Assembly (NCBI RefSeq): GCF_006345805.1
Contig: NC_043026.1
Span: 4,774,001-4,838,000, forward strand
Direction: 5' to 3'
From: Octopus sinensis
Taxonomy: Eukaryota
DNA: 64,000 bases
The notes under the pieces were generated by a model, which did not search any database, was not told the origin of the DNA, and saw only the letters and a program-made list of their open reading frames with translations. The position numbers and the translations under genes are program-made. Below are positions 61,101 through 64,000 of this stretch, piece after piece. Numbering within the stretch: position 1 is the first letter of the stretch; every line of letters begins with the position of its first letter.

Positions 61101-63089
61101 TCTCACGTGCATGAATACATTTATGCATAGTCAAGAGACTACTTCTAGAGAATGATTTACCACAAATATCACAGTGATATGGTTTCTCTCCTGTATGAGT
61201 ACGTTTATGGTTACTTAAGTGACCAAATTCTGAGAATGCTTTACAGATGTCTGATGTCAGGTATCTACCATATCCTGAACGTCTTGCTTCCCTGAGCATG
61301 GACATATTAAAGTTTAGACGTCTGGCAACTGGGTTGGCAGATATCCACAAGATTATCCACCATCTCTCCAACAACCTTGGGCACTTTTTTGAAATTCAAG
61401 TCTAGCTCTCATGAGTAAGCTTACAAAATCACTCAGCAACACAATACCCATGACTTTTGGAAACGTATTTTCACACTCAGAATTGCTGAAGCATGGAATA
61501 AACTATCCAAATCAGTTGTCAGCTGTCGACACACTACAATCCTTCCAAATGTCCATGCTTCCTAAAATTCACCAACTGCAGACCTAATGCCACCTATTTT
61601 TTTTTTTGTAGTGCACACGAGCACTGTATATAACAATTTCATTATTATTATTATTTTTTAAATTCTGGCTGTCAAACTTGTCAGACTGAAACCCAATGGA
61701 CAACTATATTTGGAGCATTGAAAGCAAAACTAATAAGTAACCTCACAATACTATAGTTTCACTGAAGGTTGCGCTACTACTAGCGAACAGTGGTCCCGGT
61801 GCACACCAGTTAGTCATGACTAGTCGATCCTTACTTTGTGTAAAAAAATTATTTATTTTGTGTTTTATTTACTTTGCTAGGTAGTCGTTGTAGGATCAAC
61901 TACTCACGACTAGCTGGCACGGATGCGCAACTGCGCGCACCGGGACCACTATTCGCTAGTAGTACCCAGAACAACATATACAATAAAGCTTTCCAATGAA
62001 AAATTTAAAACTGTAATTTGAGAGAAAATTGCCTACTACCTCTAGCAGGTTGAGAAACCAGGTAAAGGCTACGGCTATATCTCTTTGTTGTTCTTTAAAG
62101 CCCAGAGCAGACCTATGATAAAAGTTGTTTGCAAGAATATTAGGAATCCTATGACCGGTTAATGGAAAAGAAATACTATATATTATATGTTGATAAACGA
62201 AGGAAAGATTTTGTGTTTCGCGTGTGATGTTTTAGTTTATCAAATTTTAGTATCAATTTGTTTGGTGGTTGTGCAAGCTTTCTTTATTTGATGTTGTGCT
62301 ACTGTCGTCTTCTTTGTCATACGAGTTATTTTCGGTGTGGTTATGAATTGCTCCTAGTTTTGTTTGTTTTAATTATTCTCGTATTTGAAGTCATGAAATG
62401 TAATTTCTTTTATTTTACCAACAAATGAAATACCTTCATGGAATCGTTTGACCTGTTTGAAATAACATTCTCTGCTCCTGCAGAACAACAACAACAATAC
62501 AAAAACGATAAACAACAACAATTACGACATTTAAAATAAAACAACTTTTGAAAATATATGATGAATATAGTGGGATACCTATTTCTTCACTACCCACAAG
62601 GGGCTAAACACAGAGGGGCAAACAAGGACACCTTGAAAAGGTAAAATAAAGGGAAGAGAAAATCGGCGGGAGAAAGCGACACGTCCGATTGTCACACACA
62701 CACACACACTCTCTCTCTCTCTCTCTTTCTTTCTCTTTTCTCTCTCTCTCTCTCTTTCTTTCTTTCTCTCTCTCTCTCTCTCTTATACTCTTTCTGTCTC
62801 GAAAACCCATTTCATTAAGAAGTAATAATGCAAAAGAAAAAAAATAACTTAAAATTATATAAATATATATATGTTCATATATGTGAATGTAGGAGTATTT
62901 CTTTTACGAATTTATGTCTAAAGATAAGAATCGAGTCAAACGTTGGCATCAAAAGCTCCAATTTAAGAACCGATTATTTCTGAAAACACACTGATTCATT
63001 TTTTTGTATGGGAATACGGTGAGGAAACAAAGATTTGCTTTAAGGCGGTAATAATATGTTTAAATAAGTGAAATATTTCAAGGTTACCC

Positions 63090-63120
<31 letters not shown>

Positions 63121-63604
63121 CTGTGGCATAACTACAGATGAACACCCCATCGACTTTGTTTCCTAATAACTTCCAGGAAAATGGATATTTTTAATGAAAC
63201 TTCCACTTTCATTTTCTAAGAGAAAAGGATGCTCTCAAAAGAATCCTCTTTTACAAAGCTCTTATTTAAATCCCTGTGGATAAATCCCAGCAAGAATCTT
63301 CTCAGGCTCTCCAATATTTTACGATTATATAAAGAGAAAGAATCGGGGGCCAGGAAGTGGGGCTAAAAATAATCAGAGATTTTTAAAATATTCTTTTTAT
63401 TTTTTTGTAACGTAAATGTGTTTCTGAGGGAAAAAATGAGAAAAAAAAAGAAGACAAGGAGGGTGGTGTGCTAGAAACAACAGCCAAATCTCCCTTAAAT
63501 CACACACTTTTTCCCTTGACCCCTTACAAAACATTTTGCCAACAAATTTCTTTTAATCGTAATCTACATCATTTGAAAGTTATTTCTATAAAATTTCATT
63601 CAAA
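53032..63604 (+). repeat. Duplicated segment, copy B
   Basis: Matches 21400-32480 (without the Helitron), then jumps to match 35689-36165. Confidence 0.95.
60595..61260 (-). CDS. C2H2 zinc-finger array, copy B: 7 complete fingers + 1 degenerate, open frame, 5-prime end replaced by CR1 sequence
   Basis: Repeated [10 protein letters not shown]...H...H with TGEKP linkers. The first about 38 aa of ORF 60595-61374 are antisense CR1, not ZNF. Confidence 0.85.
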   Translation of the reverse strand: MTSDICKAFSEFGHLSNHKRTHTGEKPYHCDICGKSFSRSSLLTMHKCIHARENPYHCDICGKSFTDSHNLTRHIRIHTGEKPNQCDICGESFSRNDGVTSHKRVHTGEKPHHCDICGKSFSESVHLTYHKRTHTGERPYHCDICGKYFSESGQLTKHKRTHTGEKPYHCDICSKSFSRNDGLTNHKRIHMGLKPYHCDVCGKSFSQAGNLTKHKRTHTGD

Positions 63605-63833
63605 AATACCCATTTTCCTGAAATTTATGAGGAGGGAAAATGTCTCGTTGTGTGAATTTCGCGAAACTCCTTTCCGCAACCCTTCAGAAAATGTTTTTCC
63701 AACAAATCCTTACAAAAACTCAATCTACAGGATCTAAACGATTATTTGTTGAAAGTTTCCTTCAAAAAATATCCATTTTTCTGCAAGTTATGAGGAAACA
63801 AAGTCGGTGGGGGTATATATCTGTAGTTATGCC
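63125..63833. mobile_element. Non-autonomous TIR element
   Basis: GGCATAACTACAGAT (63125-63139) and ATCTGTAGTTATGCC (63819-63833) are inverted repeats; only the left part is present in copy A (about 35696-36165). Confidence 0.5.
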
Positions 63834-64000
63834 GAATTTGCTTCCTCACAACTTTCGCAAAATTAAATGTTTTTTAATGAAATTTTCTACAAATATTCTT
63901 CAGATGGTTTAGATTCCGATTAAATCGGAATTCATTGTGAAAACCGTTTGTCCCTGGGTGGGAAAAGCAGTTTTAGAAAATTCACAAGATTTGCCTTTGT

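Noticed and set aside
61260-61374. N-terminal extension MLERWWIILW.. of the ZNF ORFs
   Set aside because: It is the antisense of a CR1 3-prime end, not a real ZNF N-terminus.

Overview
Repeat-dense, AT-rich animal genomic DNA, most likely from an octopus (Octopus sp.). This is inferred from the huge (TA)n/(CA)n/(GA)n tracts, the SINE families and the [16 protein letters not shown]-type C2H2 array. The main host gene is on the minus strand: a 5.4-kb open frame (37729-43131, about 1800 aa) encoding a short helical N-terminal region plus about six tandem NHL-like beta-propeller modules. A TATA/Inr promoter and two small upstream exons are readable at 50.2-50.9 kb, and a diverged paralog fragment sits at 34.1-34.4 kb. 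An apparently full-length CR1-clade LINE (about 12.0-16.7 kb, minus) has an intact EN+RT ORF2. Its ORF1 is unusual: Myb/SANT-like domain + polyQ + two CCCH zinc fingers, split by frameshifts. Penelope-like inverted-repeat modules at 17.3-17.7 kb and 18.6-19.6 kb carry hammerhead ribozyme motifs, near-intact in the second. About 11 kb (21.4-32.5 kb, plus 35.7-36.2 kb) is repeated after a 100-N gap (53.0-63.6 kb), either as a recent tandem duplication or an uncollapsed haplotype. It contains a C2H2 array, mariner and RLE-LINE relics and MITEs. A Helitron and a SINE piece are inserted at almost the same site in the two copies. Most short ORFs in the track are microsatellite or antisense artefacts. 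No CRISPR or rRNA was seen. All calls were made by eye; no database searches were run.
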